Shown in pieces: positions 62,801-64,000 of a stretch of 64,000 bases of DNA. Numbering within the stretch: the stretch's first letter is position 1; each line of letters opens with the position of its first letter. The notes below the pieces were generated by a model. That model ran no database searches and was not told where the DNA came from. It worked only from the letters and a program-made list of their open reading frames with translations. A program made the translations under genes and the position numbers. Source of the DNA: Podarcis gaigeae (Eukaryota); NCBI GenBank assembly GCA_964106915.2, contig OZ066918.1; one strand, given 5' to 3'.

Positions 62801-64000
62801 CCTTGATTACAGACGGAGGACAGCAAGAATGATGAGGACTTTCACATCATTTGCTGATAAGAGTAATCTCTTTTTCTTGGCACTTATATTGTCACCATTT
62901 ATTGCTTCACAGACTACTCTCCTAATAAATATCCACAGTGTATGTGTGCTGGCTTGCACACACAAACACACTTATAGTTAGAATCACCTTATTAAAATAT
63001 CCATCACCCCAGGCTCTGAATCCACCATGTACATATTCCCCCACTGAAATAGCCCTTTCATTTATCCAAATTGTTAGGATGTTGAGTTTGAGCTGCCTTC
63101 AGTGGACAATTAAATTGACTTGGGTTTGACCGTAAGAACCAGCAACACTGGTTTCTAAAAACAGAAATGTTCTCAAAGTGAAATGATTTCAGTTTTTATT
63201 TATGGCTTGTGCTGAATAGGATGTCAAGTGGGCTTTCAAATATGGTTAAACCATATTTCATGCATAAGCAGTTTCAGTTCCAATCTTTTGATTTCCTTTG
63301 TCTCTTGAGAGAGAGAAAGAAGAAGCATCACTCTCAGATAATAGCACAGAACCCGTTGTTCTCCACCGCTTTTTCGTGGCTTGTTATTTAACAAAGCTAG
63401 TGTCAGGCGCATTTAAGTCGGCAAGCCTTGATAGTTGTCAACCACAGCAGATGCAGATGAGATTCTGAAATGAATAAGCTGCCTATGGTGAATTATTATG
63501 TAGTTACTGTTTCAGTGTCATTTTGCCACTCACCTGAAACACTTATCGGGGGTGGGGAGGAAACCATATATTCATACGTTGTTCAGAGCAACCCCCCCCC
63601 CACCCTATTCTAATAATTGTTCTGTTTTCTCTGCCATAACTGGATCAATGGATAAAACAGAAGTCAGAAGTTACAGAGCAAGGATCACTGTATGAGTATG
63701 TAGTCTTGTATTCACAAGTTGCTTTGAATCCAGTGCATAATAGTAAAGGCAATATGTTTATGTCAAATATCTTTTCGTTTAACGGGAGAAGAGGATTTCT
63801 ACGACCCAAAAGGGAGAGGTTGCTGAGGCTTACAAACCAAAGCATGTACCTGGTTCAAAAGACACTTAGGTTTCTTCTGCTAAGCCCATTGAGCCATTCT
63901 TGTTTTTTTTTATTTTATGGAAAGAGGATCTAGTGATGGAGCTGACAGCACAATCCTATACCCATGGACTGTTTACCCTAATCAGCTCTGTCTTAGTCAA

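Noticed and set aside
49650-64000. Search for FAM53B exon 4 (ENDRWRDL...PPSKRQCRSLS)
   Set aside because: No matching ORF in the track or by eye; it presumably lies beyond the window.

Overview
Vertebrate nuclear DNA, very likely from a lacertid lizard (Podarcis/Lacerta/Zootoca type), judged from the Sauria SINE, Squam3-like SINE and Penelope-like repeats. The window holds two tandem + strand genes in the order known from human 10q26. First is the 3' part of EEF1AKMT2/METTL10 (coding exons 501-566, 1130-1244, 4036-4143, 5164-5380, 5965-6062; exon 1 lies upstream). Second is the 5' part of FAM53B: CpG-rich promoter and non-coding first exon(s) at about 11.9-13.1 kb, a ~33 kb first intron, exon 2 at 45604-45848 with ATG at 45780, and exon 3 at 49595-49649. 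The large exon 4 was not found and probably lies downstream. The rest is intronic or intergenic, with SINEs, CR1/L2 fragments, hAT and Tc1/mariner-type MITEs and microsatellites. Most notable: (i) a TSD-flanked Penelope-like insertion forming a perfect 76-bp hairpin that carries a minimal hammerhead ribozyme; (ii) a uORF-dense FAM53B 5' UTR, including a 60-codon frame that overlaps the main start; (iii) a required GC-AG intron and a NAGNAG acceptor in EEF1AKMT2; (iv) a MITE with GGG termini and a 4-bp TSD (Sola2-like). Gene and repeat family names come from recalled sequences, not database searches. I see no prokaryotic-type system, and almost all ORFs in the supplied track are spurious.
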